Positions 38,156 to 49,436 are shown, counted from the first letter of the stretch. The stretch: DNA of 64,000 bases from Spirochaetia bacterium (GCA_965203905.1 CBDBDQ010000005.1:6976001-7040000); one strand, 5' to 3'. Notes: generated from the letters alone by a model not told the origin. Made by a program: numbers and translations.

Positions 38156-40489
38156 GTGCTACACGGTCAAGACGCCCAGGCGGATCTCTTTGTGGCTACC
38201 GATGGGGACGATGGCTGGTCCGGCAGGCTGCCGGAACCCAACGCCGAAGGGACCGACGGCCCGTTGGCGAGCCTGGCCAGGGCGCGCGATGTGGTACGGC
38301 AGCTCAAGCGGGGACAAGACCGCGATATCGTCACCCTGATCCGCGGCGGAACCTACGCCGTTACCGACACGGTGGTGTTTGGACTACAGGACTCTGCCGA
38401 GAACGGGTATTCCATCACCTACGCTGCGTATCCCGGAGAGATCCCTGTGTTGAGCGCCGGCGTCCCCATCGGCGAGTGGCGCAAGCTCGACCAGGAGCCC
38501 GATGAACTGCCCGAGAGAGCCAAGGGACAGGTCTGGGTAGCGGACGTGCCGGCCCTCATGGATGACGGACGCTTCTTCACGCTGTTCGACGGCGACGAGC
38601 GCCTGCCGCGGGCACGGTCGGCGGGCTTTCAACCGTATGATCCACCGGATCCGGTTCAGGATCCCAGCCTGGAACAACCTGAGTACGATACGCTGAGCTT
38701 TCCCCGCGGAACCCTCAGGAACTGGCCGAACCTGGACGACGTGGAGCTCGTCTGGCGCTCCACCTCCTATATGAACATCCTCGGTCTGCGCTCGGTAGAC
38801 GAGCACAGTGGGATCGCCAGGACCTCCCTCCCGGCACAGCTCCCTCTTACCAAGGCGTGGAACTTCATCGACAACGTTCGTGCATCGTGCTGGGTCGAGA
38901 ACGTGTTCGAGGCTCTCGATACGCCCGGCGAGTGGGTGCTCGACAGCCGCGCGGGAAAGCTGTACCTGTGGCCCAAGGGTGAGGTGCCGGGAGACCGGAT
39001 TCTAATCCCGGGCCTCAGGGAGCTGGTCCGGGTAGAGGGCGACGTAGACTTCGCTGGCCCCACCGACACGCCGGTCCGCGGCCTGGTTTTCAAAGGTCTC
39101 ACCTTCAGCCATGGCGAGCGCGATCTGTGGACCGGAGACGACGTGGCGATTCAGCACGATTGGGACATGTACGACAAGGCCAACGCGCTGCTCAGGTTCC
39201 GTGGGGCCGAACGGTGCCTGGTCCAGCAGTGTCGCTTCTGCAACAGTGGCGGCACCGCGCTCCGACTCGATCTGCACTGTCAGAACAACCGAATCGTGGG
39301 CAACCTCGTCGACCACGTCGGCGGGACCGGGATTCTCCTGTGTGGTTACGGTGCGGGCACCAAGGATGTCAACAAGGGCAACGAGGTCGTCAACAACCAT
39401 ATCCATCATTGCGGCGAGCTCTATTGGCACGGGATCGGCATCTTCGTCTGGCAGAGTGGGGAGAACCGCATCGCCAACAACCTGATCCATCATGTGCCCT
39501 ATGACGCTATCGTGCTCAGCGGTGTGCGCCCCTACGTCCTCGCCAGGCAGCCGTGTCCGGGGCCGCATTGCTCCACTCCGCGGGAGAATGACTCCACTCG
39601 CCGCCAGGAAGTAGGCCCGGTCGAAAAGTGGGAGAGGATTCTTGAAACCGGACGCCGCCTTCCCATGCTGGAGGCGGAGGTACTGGTTCGCTACCTGCGC
39701 GAAGTCGAGCCGTTCGAGCACGTCCGCAACAATCTCGTGGAAGACAACGAGATCCACCACGCTCTGGAGGTGCTGGGAGACGGCAATGCGATCTATCTCT
39801 CCGATACCGGCAAGGGCAACGTCATACGACGCAACTACATCCACCACATGATGGGACTGGGAGGCCAGTCCGCGATCCGCACCGACGCGTACATCACGGA
39901 CACCCTGATTGCCGACAACATCATCTACAAGTGCAACTGCGGTGGGCTCAACCTCAAGCACTGGAACAACCACGCAGAGAACAACATGATCGTCGACATT
40001 CCGGACATCATCGATGAGGATATCGGAGGAAACCCACCGCGCATCCAGCGATTGTCCTTCGGCTATGTCAGCCTGCTGCAGGTGGGAGCTTTCGGCATTC
40101 CCTTTCCATCCAACGAGTACCTGCCGCCGGGGACCTCGTTGAGAATCCAGCGCAACATCATGGTCAAGACCGATCCATCGCAGGTGTTCTATCGCGGCCA
40201 CCGCGTCGGCAACGAGTGGGAGGAGGCCCGGGTTGCCGACTGTGACATCGATTGGAACCTCTATTTCGCAGTGGGCGAGAGCGATCTCGGCGCCAGCCAT
40301 CTCCACAGATACCGGGAGTTGGGCGTCGACCGGCACAGCATCACGGCCGACCCTCTGTTCGTCGATCTCGCCAATGGCGATCTCCGCCTCAAACCCGAGT
40401 CGCCAGCCTTCAAGCTCGGCTTTCGCGCCATCGACGCCACCAGGATTGGACTCAGGGAAGACCTGCCGAGGTATCAACCGGCGCCTTGA
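38156..40489 (+). CDS. Right-handed parallel beta-helix protein (GH141/pectin-lyase-like)
   Basis: FVATDGDDGWSG...DGPLASLARARD, IRGGTY, LPRARS, LDTPGEW, NxI repeats, ADPLFVD. Confidence 0.8.
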   Translation: MLHGQDAQADLFVATDGDDGWSGRLPEPNAEGTDGPLASLARARDVVRQLKRGQDRDIVTLIRGGTYAVTDTVVFGLQDSAENGYSITYAAYPGEIPVLSAGVPIGEWRKLDQEPDELPERAKGQVWVADVPALMDDGRFFTLFDGDERLPRARSAGFQPYDPPDPVQDPSLEQPEYDTLSFPRGTLRNWPNLDDVELVWRSTSYMNILGLRSVDEHSGIARTSLPAQLPLTKAWNFIDNVRASCWVENVFEALDTPGEWVLDSRAGKLYLWPKGEVPGDRILIPGLRELVRVEGDVDFAGPTDTPVRGLVFKGLTFSHGERDLWTGDDVAIQHDWDMYDKANALLRFRGAERCLVQQCRFCNSGGTALRLDLHCQNNRIVGNLVDHVGGTGILLCGYGAGTKDVNKGNEVVNNHIHHCGELYWHGIGIFVWQSGENRIANNLIHHVPYDAIVLSGVRPYVLARQPCPGPHCSTPRENDSTRRQEVGPVEKWERILETGRRLPMLEAEVLVRYLREVEPFEHVRNNLVEDNEIHHALEVLGDGNAIYLSDTGKGNVIRRNYIHHMMGLGGQSAIRTDAYITDTLIADNIIYKCNCGGLNLKHWNNHAENNMIVDIPDIIDEDIGGNPPRIQRLSFGYVSLLQVGAFGIPFPSNEYLPPGTSLRIQRNIMVKTDPSQVFYRGHRVGNEWEEARVADCDIDWNLYFAVGESDLGASHLHRYRELGVDRHSITADPLFVDLANGDLRLKPESPAFKLGFRAIDATRIGLREDLPRYQPAP

Positions 40490-40490
40490 T

Positions 40491-42761
40491 TCAACGCCCT
40501 GTCGCCCTCACGGCGAACGGCTCCGATACGTTATCCACAAGATTCGCATCAGTGAGCGCTTTGGCGAAACTGGCTACCGGGAGGAAGGTACAGGCAAACA
40601 TCTTGGGTCCCAGACCCAACGGATGTATTACCGCATCCTCGGCCTGGAACAGACCGAGTCCGTGGTGAAGTCCCATCCCACTGCCTATTACATGACGGTA
40701 CGAGGGAAGTCCCTTCTCGAGAAAGTACGTATCACCCGATAGGCGGTAGGCATAGGACAACGCTTCCAAAGTGTGGATGTAGCCTCCAGGCCGGCTCAGG
40801 CTGGGAAGTTCCTTGTAGTAGAACCGGCCATCCTTCGAGGTGCAGTTCTCTATGATGTCGGTCATGGAGTCAACGATCAACTGGGCAACCTCGGGATCCG
40901 GTCGCACCTGGTGATAACGCATCAAACTGGAAGCCGCCAGGGAGATCATGAAGGGTACCCGGGCCATGGTATGACTGGTGTAGGGAGCCAGCCAAGCGCC
41001 GTAAGTTCGATGCCACTGCTTGAACTGAGAGACTATCCGAGAAGCCGGCTCCATCCATCTTGGGTCATTCGATTCCCGACTCAGAGCCGTCAGTGAGCGA
41101 AGTGCCCATCCGGTTTCGCGGGCCGATGCCGCTCCCGCCTCATTGAGCTCCGGTTTTTCGAGATGCCGGAGAATGTTCTCCCCTATCCCAAGCGCCGTGG
41201 TCAACGAAAAATCGTCTCCGGTGACGTGCTGGTAGTCCAGCAGTCCCTCTACCCATTGGTGACTCGGGAACACCTTGCCGGTTGCGTGGTTGGTGGAATG
41301 TGCTACCTGGCCCTGATGCCGGTATCGATCCGGCGAATGGTGACACACATCCACATCCATCCAGTGCTCGGCCGCCACCTTCATATAGTCGAAAAAACGT
41401 CTCTCCCCAAGCGCCGCATACATCAAGAAAGAGACATGAGGCAGATCGTATTCGTTGTTGGTCCACAGGATCTTACCGTTCTCCTGGTGATTTGCGGTAG
41501 GGAATCCGCTGCCGCCCTCCGGACCATCGCCCCAGTTCAACATGCCGTAGCCGCGGGTACGCGTGTCCGCCAGGTCGGTGAGATAGGCCAACGCCCGAAC
41601 ATCGGCTTGCTGGAGCCAGCAGTCCTCCAGAAACACGCCGGATTCGCGGTACGTATCCGCCTCCAATCTGGGAAGATCGGGAAGCTGGAATTGGAGGCTC
41701 CTGGCATCGATTTCACGTAGTGACGTGTCGGCATCGTGAAAATGAAGAAAGAGAGTATGTTTCTTTGCCATGCCCTGGAGGAAGGTGATGTCATCGTATT
41801 CTGTTGGAATAATCCCTACTTCCATACCATCACGATTCACCCTCAGAGATTTGGGAAAGTTCTGCTGGGCCTGGAACAAGGTGGTACTGATCCCGCCCCC
41901 GGCGCAGTTCCAATCCGCCCAGAATGTGCCGTATAGTGTCTCCGGAGACTGCTCATTGCCGGTGTTGACGAGGTAATCGTGGTCGATCAGCTTGTACTGT
42001 TCCCGTCCGTCGTCGTCGCGGTGAATGGTCGACTCGTAATTTGAAATCCCAAGTCCCGTGCGTATCTCGCCGCCACCTCTCGGGGTCAAAGAGAGCGACA
42101 GACTGTCAACCGTGACGCTTCGCGACTCTTCCCGGTTGATGATTCGATAGTCCACCCGTATCCAAGGCTTGCCTGCATGAATAGCAAGACGCGCCACAAA
42201 GTCGAAACAGGCTGCGCCGGAACTGCTCTTGTGTACTCCTTGGGCCTCGACCACACCATGAATCGGACCAGCTTCGATCACCCTCCATCCCGCGGGGCCG
42301 ATCTCCGTGATGAATTCCTCCCGGTCCCGGGGAACCAGCGCGAATCCCCTCACGTCATCAGCCCCGAGCGTGCAGTCAGCCCACTCTACGCGCTGGACAA
42401 GGCCTCTCCTCCCGGCCGGGGAAAGCTCGAGCTTCAGGAGCTCGTTCTGCAAGGTCTCAGGCGACACCTGAATGGCAGCAGGGGGCGGCGGCGGAGTCAC
42501 GCCGCGGCGCAGTGCGCAGAGCTTGGAACCGTTACCCGGCAGATCGATCTGTCCGTGGAGCAATAGCCACTTCACCGAACCATCACTCCAGGTGGCGGTC
42601 ACTCTCGTCTGTGTGGGCAGGGGCTGCCCCCCGTCGCATACGGCCAGCGCGGCGAGATCGGACTCGTGAAGAGTTCCTGCCTGGAACGGAACACCGACCG
42701 TGAACGGTTCCGCGATTCTGTCATAGCGAGATATTTTTTCAAAGAAGAGGTCGATCTCCAT
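40491..42761 (-). CDS. YetA/PcRGLX-like (rhamnogalacturonan exolyase-like) hypothetical protein
   Basis: EPFTVGVPF, WSDGSVKW, YGMLNWGD, WTNNEYD, HWMDVD, SHQW, RETGW. Confidence 0.6.
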   Translation of the reverse strand: MEIDLFFEKISRYDRIAEPFTVGVPFQAGTLHESDLAALAVCDGGQPLPTQTRVTATWSDGSVKWLLLHGQIDLPGNGSKLCALRRGVTPPPPPAAIQVSPETLQNELLKLELSPAGRRGLVQRVEWADCTLGADDVRGFALVPRDREEFITEIGPAGWRVIEAGPIHGVVEAQGVHKSSSGAACFDFVARLAIHAGKPWIRVDYRIINREESRSVTVDSLSLSLTPRGGGEIRTGLGISNYESTIHRDDDGREQYKLIDHDYLVNTGNEQSPETLYGTFWADWNCAGGGISTTLFQAQQNFPKSLRVNRDGMEVGIIPTEYDDITFLQGMAKKHTLFLHFHDADTSLREIDARSLQFQLPDLPRLEADTYRESGVFLEDCWLQQADVRALAYLTDLADTRTRGYGMLNWGDGPEGGSGFPTANHQENGKILWTNNEYDLPHVSFLMYAALGERRFFDYMKVAAEHWMDVDVCHHSPDRYRHQGQVAHSTNHATGKVFPSHQWVEGLLDYQHVTGDDFSLTTALGIGENILRHLEKPELNEAGAASARETGWALRSLTALSRESNDPRWMEPASRIVSQFKQWHRTYGAWLAPYTSHTMARVPFMISLAASSLMRYHQVRPDPEVAQLIVDSMTDIIENCTSKDGRFYYKELPSLSRPGGYIHTLEALSYAYRLSGDTYFLEKGLPSYRHVIGSGMGLHHGLGLFQAEDAVIHPLGLGPKMFACTFLPVASFAKALTDANLVDNVSEPFAVRATGR

Positions 42762-42780
42762 GTCTTCCCTGCTCGCGGCA

Positions 42781-42815
42781 ACAGGGGGTTGGCGACGCTC
42801 TCACCAACCCCCTGT
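42781..42815. terminator. Stem-loop downstream of the SBP gene
   Basis: 12-bp inverted repeat ACAGGGGGTTGG/CCAACCCCCTGT. Confidence 0.6.
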
Positions 42816-42838
42816 CGAGACCACGGCACCTCCTAGAG

Positions 42839-44382
42839 CTAGTTCGAAGTCAGGTACGCGTTCATCTGTTCAACGTACTGCAAACCACCGTCGGCATACC
42901 ACTCGTCCAGCGCCTCATCGTACGCGTCAACCGGAAGATCGTTGACGATAATCCTGGTGATTACCTGCTTGAGTCTGTCTTCGGCATCGATGTATCTCGG
43001 ATCGGTGCTGATCGGCGGCCGATATCCTCCGGTCCCCGAGAACTTGAATATCTCGGCGGCCCGCTCCAACCACTTGATAGACTGAGCCCTCTGCTCCTTC
43101 GACGCGTCCAGCGAAATGAAGTTGGACATGTCGTTGTTGCGTCGCAGGAACAGCCCATTCCACCAATATGCCGTCTGCGCTTCCTCGTTGAACCGAGGCA
43201 ATGCCACCGCCACACCATCTTCATACTGGTAGGTCAGCCCCGCGGCCCCCCACTTCGCATCATCCCAGGCGGAATCCGAAAGCACCCAGTCGAATGCGGA
43301 AATGATCCTGGCCGGATCCTTGGCATTCTGGGTCACCGCCCAACCGCCCCACATGCCGGTTGCGTGAGCATCGCCGCCACCTATTACTTCGCCCGTGGAG
43401 TTCTCTATGCCGACGATGTAGGTGAACTCTGCTTGCGGATGATTCTCTCGCGTCTTGCTTTGGAAATCGAACACCTGTCCAGCAAACGCTCTGGTCATTC
43501 CGACTTCCCCACGGGCCAGCTTCTGGGTAGCTTCGTCGCCAATGGTATCACTCAGGGCCCAATCGGGTCTATCAACCGCTCCTTCCAGAGATTGGCGGTA
43601 AAGGCCAGCGCCCTCTTGAAATTATCCGACTTCCTGCTGTACTGGAGATCCATGTAGGGATACTCTTCATTGTCATATCTCTGCCACCCCAGCAGATCAA
43701 AGGCATTGGGTGCGATGACGTTGAGGATTCCACCAGCGCCGGTCTTCGAAGTAAATCCGTAAGTGTCCTGCTCCCCGTTCTTATCGGGATCGTTGTTGGT
43801 AAAACGGGTCAATACCTCCTTGAATTCCGCCAGCGAGAAGGTTCCCTCGGCGGGCATCGGCAAGCCTACATTGGCAAGCCAGTCGGTGCGCACGGCATAT
43901 CCATCATACCTGGTCAGCGTCGATCGCGGGATCATGTAGTAGTCATCACTTCCCTCGATGACCCTGGTTGCATTCCAGGTCTCTTCATAGGTGTACTTCA
44001 GCAAATTCGGAGCATTAGTCTGATTCACGTACTGGGTTATGGGAATCACTACGCCGTCCTCTGCCGCTCGTATCAGGTTCACGTCGGTGTGCGATCCGAA
44101 GTTGATGACGTCCGGATAGTCTCCTCCCGCCAGCATGATCTGCAGCTTCTCATTGTAGGTAGTGTAGGGAGGCAGCTCCAGCTCGATCTTTACATTGTTT
44201 TCCTCTTCCCAGCGGTCCAGGAAACGTTGCGTAATTTCCGACTTCTCGGTCCATACCACGGCAAATATCTTGATCGCGTACGGACCTTCGTCGACCGCTC
44301 CTTCCTCGACCCCTGCGCCCCATCCACCTGCGGCAACAATCGACAGTGCCGCCAGCACCGCGAATACCCTCGTAACTACCAT
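42839..44382 (-). pseudogene. LplA-like solute-binding protein split by a 1-nt frameshift near 43563
   Basis: Adding one G gives LIDP-DWALSDTIGDEATQKLARGEVGMTRAF, which joins the two ORFs; LAGGDYPD, VRTDWL, FTNNDPDKNG. Confidence 0.8.
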
Positions 44383-44518
44383 TCCGAACTCCTTGCGGGC
44401 CAAACCCGCCCTGAACTGCGACGACCTCGAATGCAGCCGCCTGCATCGCTCCTAGCCCGCACTCATCACCTCCTCGTACCTGCAGTGATACCGACCCCAC
44501 CACTCCTCCTGATCGATC

Positions 44519-45415
44519 TCAGCCTTTTATCGCGCCCAGCAGAACCCCTTTCGCAAAGTGCTTCTGCAAAAACGGATAGATGAACAGGATCGGCACGATC
44601 GAGATCATCAATACCGCATACTGCAGGGTTACCGGCGCCACCGGCCTGGAGGCCGCCTCCGCCAGGTTACCCTGGGTCATGTTCTCAAGCGCTCTTGCCG
44701 ATGCGATTATCTCCCTCAAGAAGAGCTGCAGCGGCCACTTTTCCCGGCTCTCGATGTACACCATGCTGCTCAGCAGTCCGTTCCAGTACATGACCGCGAG
44801 AAACAGCCCGATGGTCGCCAGCACCGCCTTCGACAACGGCAGCACTACTTGCCACAGTATCATTGGATACGAAGCGCCATCCATGCGCGCCGAGTCGTCC
44901 AGACTCTGCGGTATGGCGGCGAAGAAATTCTTCATCAAAATGACATTGAACGCGGTCAAGGCCTGCGTCAGAATGAGCGCCCACAGAGTATCCAGGAGCC
45001 CCAGCGCACGAACCAGGTAGAAGTTCGGGATGAGCCCGCCGTTGAAGAGCATGGTGATAACCAGGAGCACCATGAAGAAGGGACGTCCCTTGAGTTCTCT
45101 CTTGGACAGCGGGTATGCCATGGTAACCGTCAAGAACAACCCGATGGCGACGCCGCCGAACGTCACCAAGAGCGTGTTCTTGTAGCAGATCAGAATGGTA
45201 TTCGACTCGAATACCTTGAAGTACGCGCCGAGATCAACCTCGCTTGGCCAGAGCATCAGGGGATTCATGACATAGGAATCATAGTCGCTGATGGAAACGA
45301 CAAGTATATTCCAGAACGGATATACCGTGGTGACCGCGAACAAGGTCACAACCCCATACGCCAGAGAGTTCATTATCAGGTCGTCGAAAGAAACTGACTG
45401 CAGCCTCTTTACCAC
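44519..45415 (-). CDS. Carbohydrate ABC permease (LplC-like)
   Basis: MLFNGGLIPNFY, LDDSARMDGA, QKHFAKGVLLGAIKG. Confidence 0.9.
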   Translation of the reverse strand: MVKRLQSVSFDDLIMNSLAYGVVTLFAVTTVYPFWNILVVSISDYDSYVMNPLMLWPSEVDLGAYFKVFESNTILICYKNTLLVTFGGVAIGLFLTVTMAYPLSKRELKGRPFFMVLLVITMLFNGGLIPNFYLVRALGLLDTLWALILTQALTAFNVILMKNFFAAIPQSLDDSARMDGASYPMILWQVVLPLSKAVLATIGLFLAVMYWNGLLSSMVYIESREKWPLQLFLREIIASARALENMTQGNLAEAASRPVAPVTLQYAVLMISIVPILFIYPFLQKHFAKGVLLGAIKG

Positions 45416-46323
45416 AGACCTTGCTCTCCCAGTCTTCTCGCTATCGCATTCGTAACGAGGATCAGGATCATCCCCACAAGGGATTGAAATACTCCCACTG
45501 CGGTACCGTAGCTGAAGCGGCCCTCCATCAGTCCGACCCTGAAGGTGTAGGTTTCGAAGACATCGGCGACGTTGTAAACCATGGGACTGTACAACATGTA
45601 GATCTGCTCGAATCCATTACTCAGAATGCCGCCCATGCTGAGTATCAACAGCACCACCACGGTGCTGGCAATCCCGGGAATGGTTACGTACCACACCCGC
45701 TGAAACCGATTCACGCCGTCGATGATCGCCGCTTCATAGAGATTCTGATCGATGCCCGAGAGCGCGGCCAGGTAGACGATCGTCCCCCAACCGGCTCCCT
45801 TCCATATTCCCGACAGTATCAGAATGGCTCGGAAGTGGTCGGAACTCAACAAGTATGCCTGAGGCTCCCAGCCCAGAAATGAGACAATGTGGCTGACCAC
45901 ACCGCGGCCGGGTGAGAGGAAGCTGATGACTATTCCAGCAACCACCACCCAGGAAATGAAATGAGGCAGGTACAGCACCGATTGAATTGCGCGTTTGTAC
46001 GTTTGCAGTCTGAATTCGTTGAGCAGCAAGGCGAGAATCAGGGGTGCGGGAAAGCCGCAGATCAGCGTCAGGAGACTCAGGATGATGGAATTCTTGAAAA
46101 CCAGAAAGAAGGTCTTGCTGGTAAACAGGTAGCGAAAGTTGTCGAATCCGATCCACTCGCTGCCCCATATTCCTCGCGCCAAGCGAAAGTCTTTGAACGC
46201 AATGATGACGCCGTACATGGGACCGTACTTGAAGATTATCAAGTACGTCAGACCGGGCAACAGGAGGATATAGAGCCAGATATATTTCTGCAGGTGAGCA
46301 GTGATTGCGCTACGGCTGGTCAT
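45409..46323 (-). CDS. Carbohydrate ABC permease (LplB-like)
   Basis: KYGPMYG, YLPHFISWV, WKGAGWGTI, LYEAAIIDG. Confidence 0.9.
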   Translation of the reverse strand: MTSRSAITAHLQKYIWLYILLLPGLTYLIIFKYGPMYGVIIAFKDFRLARGIWGSEWIGFDNFRYLFTSKTFFLVFKNSIILSLLTLICGFPAPLILALLLNEFRLQTYKRAIQSVLYLPHFISWVVVAGIVISFLSPGRGVVSHIVSFLGWEPQAYLLSSDHFRAILILSGIWKGAGWGTIVYLAALSGIDQNLYEAAIIDGVNRFQRVWYVTIPGIASTVVVLLILSMGGILSNGFEQIYMLYSPMVYNVADVFETYTFRVGLMEGRFSYGTAVGVFQSLVGMILILVTNAIARRLGEQGLW

Positions 46324-46593
46324 CGGAGGTGTACGCCGGGGTCATGCAGTTGCTTCTTCCCTGAAGGGTCTCTCCGCGATCTGATCGTCGACTTGCCATG
46401 ATCGCGGGTGCGTGCGCGCCTGTCAACGGAGCCGGCGTGCGGCCCGTAACGGCCTCGGCGGTCGCGGATCCTCGGCGGGGCCAGGAGTGAGCGCTACGCA
46501 GCCATGCCCGGTGCGGTGCGGCGCGTGTGGTCGACGGTATCGAGCCGCAGCGATAGATTGTCCCAGCACGGCGCAGCCGTGGCACCAGGACTC

Positions 46594-46815
46594 CGCCGAA
46601 CGTGCTGTGGAATCGTCGGCGACCAGCATCGCGCCCACGCCACCAGCTACCGCGGCGACCGCAACCTGTTCACGCCCAACCTCGACAACCTGGCGCGCGA
46701 CGGCATGCGTGTCGACTGCGCCGTGGCCGGTGCCCCCTGGTGCACGCCTTCCGCGGCGCCCTGCTCACCGGCGCTATCCGCACCAGACCGGCGTGACCCG
46801 CACGCCCTCGGCACC
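46594..46815 (+). pseudogene. 5' fragment of a sulfatase duplicate, with indels
   Basis: Nucleotide match to about 60057-60277 (DQHRAHATSYRGDRN...CAVAGAPWCTP). Confidence 0.8.
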
Positions 46816-46841
46816 GCCGGCGCTTGCGGCCGGGGAGGTCG

Positions 46842-47780
46842 TCAGTCGTTCCACAACGCCTTGACCGTCACGGTGACCTCTATCGTTCTCGAAACGTGGC
46901 TGACGTTCCCGGCCTCATCTACCACCCACACACTGACCTCCCAGGTGCCGCTTGCGCCCACGTCGAACACGATGGAATCAAGAAAAAAGTCTTCGCACTC
47001 CTCGTTCCATGAATCGGTGCTCGTCGTGCGCCGCCATTTGGCGCACGTTGTCGCAAGTCCATGATAGCTGTGAGGGGTATTGAAGAGGGCGGAGACCTCC
47101 GTCCTGTCGTCGAAGCCCTGATACGCGCTGTAGAGAAAGGGGTAGCTGTTGTAGAACGGATCGGCCGGCACCGAATCCGGTTCTGGTTCCGACTCCGGCG
47201 CGGGCTCCGCCCCCGGTCCCGGGGCCGGGGGCAGCGTCTCCAGACCGCGGGCAATAGCAATCTGCAGGGAGTATGCGCCCAGCGTCTTGGACGTGACGCG
47301 TAAGTGGTATGTCCCCAACTCTACCGTTTCCTCCACCAGGAAATATTCTCCGCTGCCCCCTGCGTCTGCGTGCGCCAACAGCCCGTCATCGGCGCCGTCC
47401 GTCAACACGCCCAAGGTGTCCAGCGAGCCGATTGTGGAGACCCGGAGCACTCCCGGCGCAGCTACCGATATCAGGAAGACGTCGACGTCGTCCTCCGTCT
47501 CGATGCGTCCGGCCCCTGTTTGTTTTAGCTCCTCGGCCGGTAGCGACACTTCGGTGGCGGTCGATACTCCATCCCCGTGGTCATCGATGCTCCGGGAGCC
47601 GATGCCGCCGCATCCGCCAAGCCCGAGGGTCATGATGACTGCGCAAGAGACCGCTGAAATCAAGGTCCTTGTGCTCGTAGGGAACCGTCCCGGTTGGTGG
47701 ACAGGGCGATCACGACGGCCGCCAGCGCCGTCGGAAGTCGCAACCCGTTCCCTTCTCTGCTGCTTGTGATCGCTGTGCAT
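46842..47780 (-). CDS. Putative lipoprotein with PPC-like domain (start uncertain)
   Basis: Lipobox LGGC; DDHGD...GRIETEDDVDVF...DTLGVL...GTYHLRV; Pro/Glu linker. Confidence 0.6.
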   Translation of the reverse strand: MHSDHKQQRRERVATSDGAGGRRDRPVHQPGRFPTSTRTLISAVSCAVIMTLGLGGCGGIGSRSIDDHGDGVSTATEVSLPAEELKQTGAGRIETEDDVDVFLISVAAPGVLRVSTIGSLDTLGVLTDGADDGLLAHADAGGSGEYFLVEETVELGTYHLRVTSKTLGAYSLQIAIARGLETLPPAPGPGAEPAPESEPEPDSVPADPFYNSYPFLYSAYQGFDDRTEVSALFNTPHSYHGLATTCAKWRRTTSTDSWNEECEDFFLDSIVFDVGASGTWEVSVWVVDEAGNVSHVSRTIEVTVTVKALWND

Positions 47781-48073
47781 GGCTACCTATGAGCAGGAAC
47801 CATGCCAAGCACACCAGTAGCTACGTAAGTCATTCCCTGCACGTTACATCGCGAGTGGTGTGGCGGTCCTGACCGTGGTCGCCGAAGTGTCGCACCTTGC
47901 AACATGCGGCCACCGGCACTCGCGCCTGCGCGCAGTGGATGTACTCGGGCTGGAAGGGTCTGATGCATGATGGTCGCAGCTTGCTACACTCGTCGCAATT
48001 TCGAACACCTTGCCTTTGCGGAGCCGTCGTCGAGCGTGCGGCGCACGGTCGGCCGTAGCGGTGCGCGGATGCC

Positions 48074-48170
48074 TCAGCCGTCGACCACGTCGAATGCCGT
48101 GAGGTTGCGGGTGTCGGCGGCATACCCCGGTACGGGATGCTGGCGAAGAAGGCGTGGAACAGCTTCTCGA
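48074..48170 (-). pseudogene. Collapsed remnant of an AAA-ATPase/PD-(D/E)XK paralog
   Basis: EKLFHAFFASIPY fused to DTRNLTAFDVVDG*, versus KELFHAFFASIPY and ETRNVTAFEVADG* in 57367..58920. Confidence 0.75.
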
Positions 48171-48206
48171 GGCGGCGCAGCCTTGGCGGGTGCGGTGGGT
48201 GTGGTC

Positions 48207-49301
48207 AATGACCGCGAGCACTACGTGGCCCCGGAGCGGCGCGGCGGCTTCCGCTACTGGATGGGCTACGAGAACAACAACAACCAGCACGAGTGCTACG
48301 TCCACGGCACCGAGAGTGAAACCCCGCTACGCCTGTCCGGCTACGAGACCGACGCCCTCAGCGACCTGCTGCTCCAGCACCTGCGCAGCCACGTCGGCGC
48401 CGCCCCCGACGGCGGTGCGGCTGGCGGCGGGCTCACCCCGGCCGACTCCGGCCCCGACTATCAGCCCTTCTTCGCCGTGCTCTCCGTGCAGCCGCCGCAC
48501 GGCCCCAACGTGCCGCCCACCAACCCCTCCTACGGCGCGCCCCGCATCCACCCGGCCGACATCCGCCTGCGCCCCAACGTCCCGGCGACCCCCGCCGCCC
48601 GGGAGGGCGCCCGGTTCCGCCTCGCCGGCTACTACGCCATGATCGAAAACCTGGACTACAACGTCGGCCGCATCCGCCAGGCGCTGACGCAGATGGGCGT
48701 CGACCGCGACACTTACGTGGTGTTCTTCTCGGATCACGGTGACATGATGGGCAGCCACGGCCAGTACGGAAAATCGACCCCCTGGGAGGAGTCGATCCGG
48801 GTGCCGTTCATCGTCCATCGCGTCGGCGGCCCCGACAACATGCGCGTGGGTGACACCGATGCCCCGATCAACCACGTCGACATCGCGCCGACCAGCCTGG
48901 GGCTGTGCAACATCGACACCCCGCCGGAGATGGTGGGGCACGACTACTCCGCCCACTGCATCCGCCCGGACGCCCCCGAGTACCGCGGCGCACCGCCGCG
49001 GGAGGCGGAGCCGCAGAGCGCGTTCCTGCAGCAGATTCCGCCCAAGCCGCACCGCCACACCACCAGCATGCCGTGGCGCGGGGTGGTGACCCGCGACGGC
49101 TGGAAGTACGTCTGCACGCCGGGCACCGACTGGCTGCTGTTCGATTCCGAAGCCGACCCCTACGAGCAGGCCAACCTGGTCTACGACGCCTCCTTCCAGG
49201 AGCAGAAGGAGCGCTGCCACCGCCTGCTGGCCGAGTGGATCGACACCACCGGCGACCGCTTCCCCCTCCCCGACATCACCCTCCCCTCCGCCGACGCTTA
49301 G
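48207..49301 (+). pseudogene. 3' portion of the sulfatase duplicate (lacks the catalytic CxPxR N-terminus)
   Basis: Near-identical to 60368..61462. Confidence 0.85.
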
Positions 49302-49436
49302 CAGCCCGTGGCGAAACTCCGGCTGGCTGCGTTGCTCCTCGCTCACATATACCCTGATATGCTCGTTCGTCGCGCCTTGCCAGCCGGGCGCCTCGCCGCT
49401 CTCGGTGCGAGGCCGGGTTCCACCACGGGCTGCTAG
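49299..49436. mobile_element. MITE-like element, longest copy
   Basis: Terminal inverted repeat TAGCAGCCCGTGG...CCACGGGCTGCTA(G); left end overlaps the sulfatase TAG stop. Confidence 0.7.

Noticed and set aside
47967-49301. 444-aa ORF as a complete sulfatase
   Set aside because: Its N-terminal part is read-through of unrelated insert DNA and lacks the CxPxR motif.
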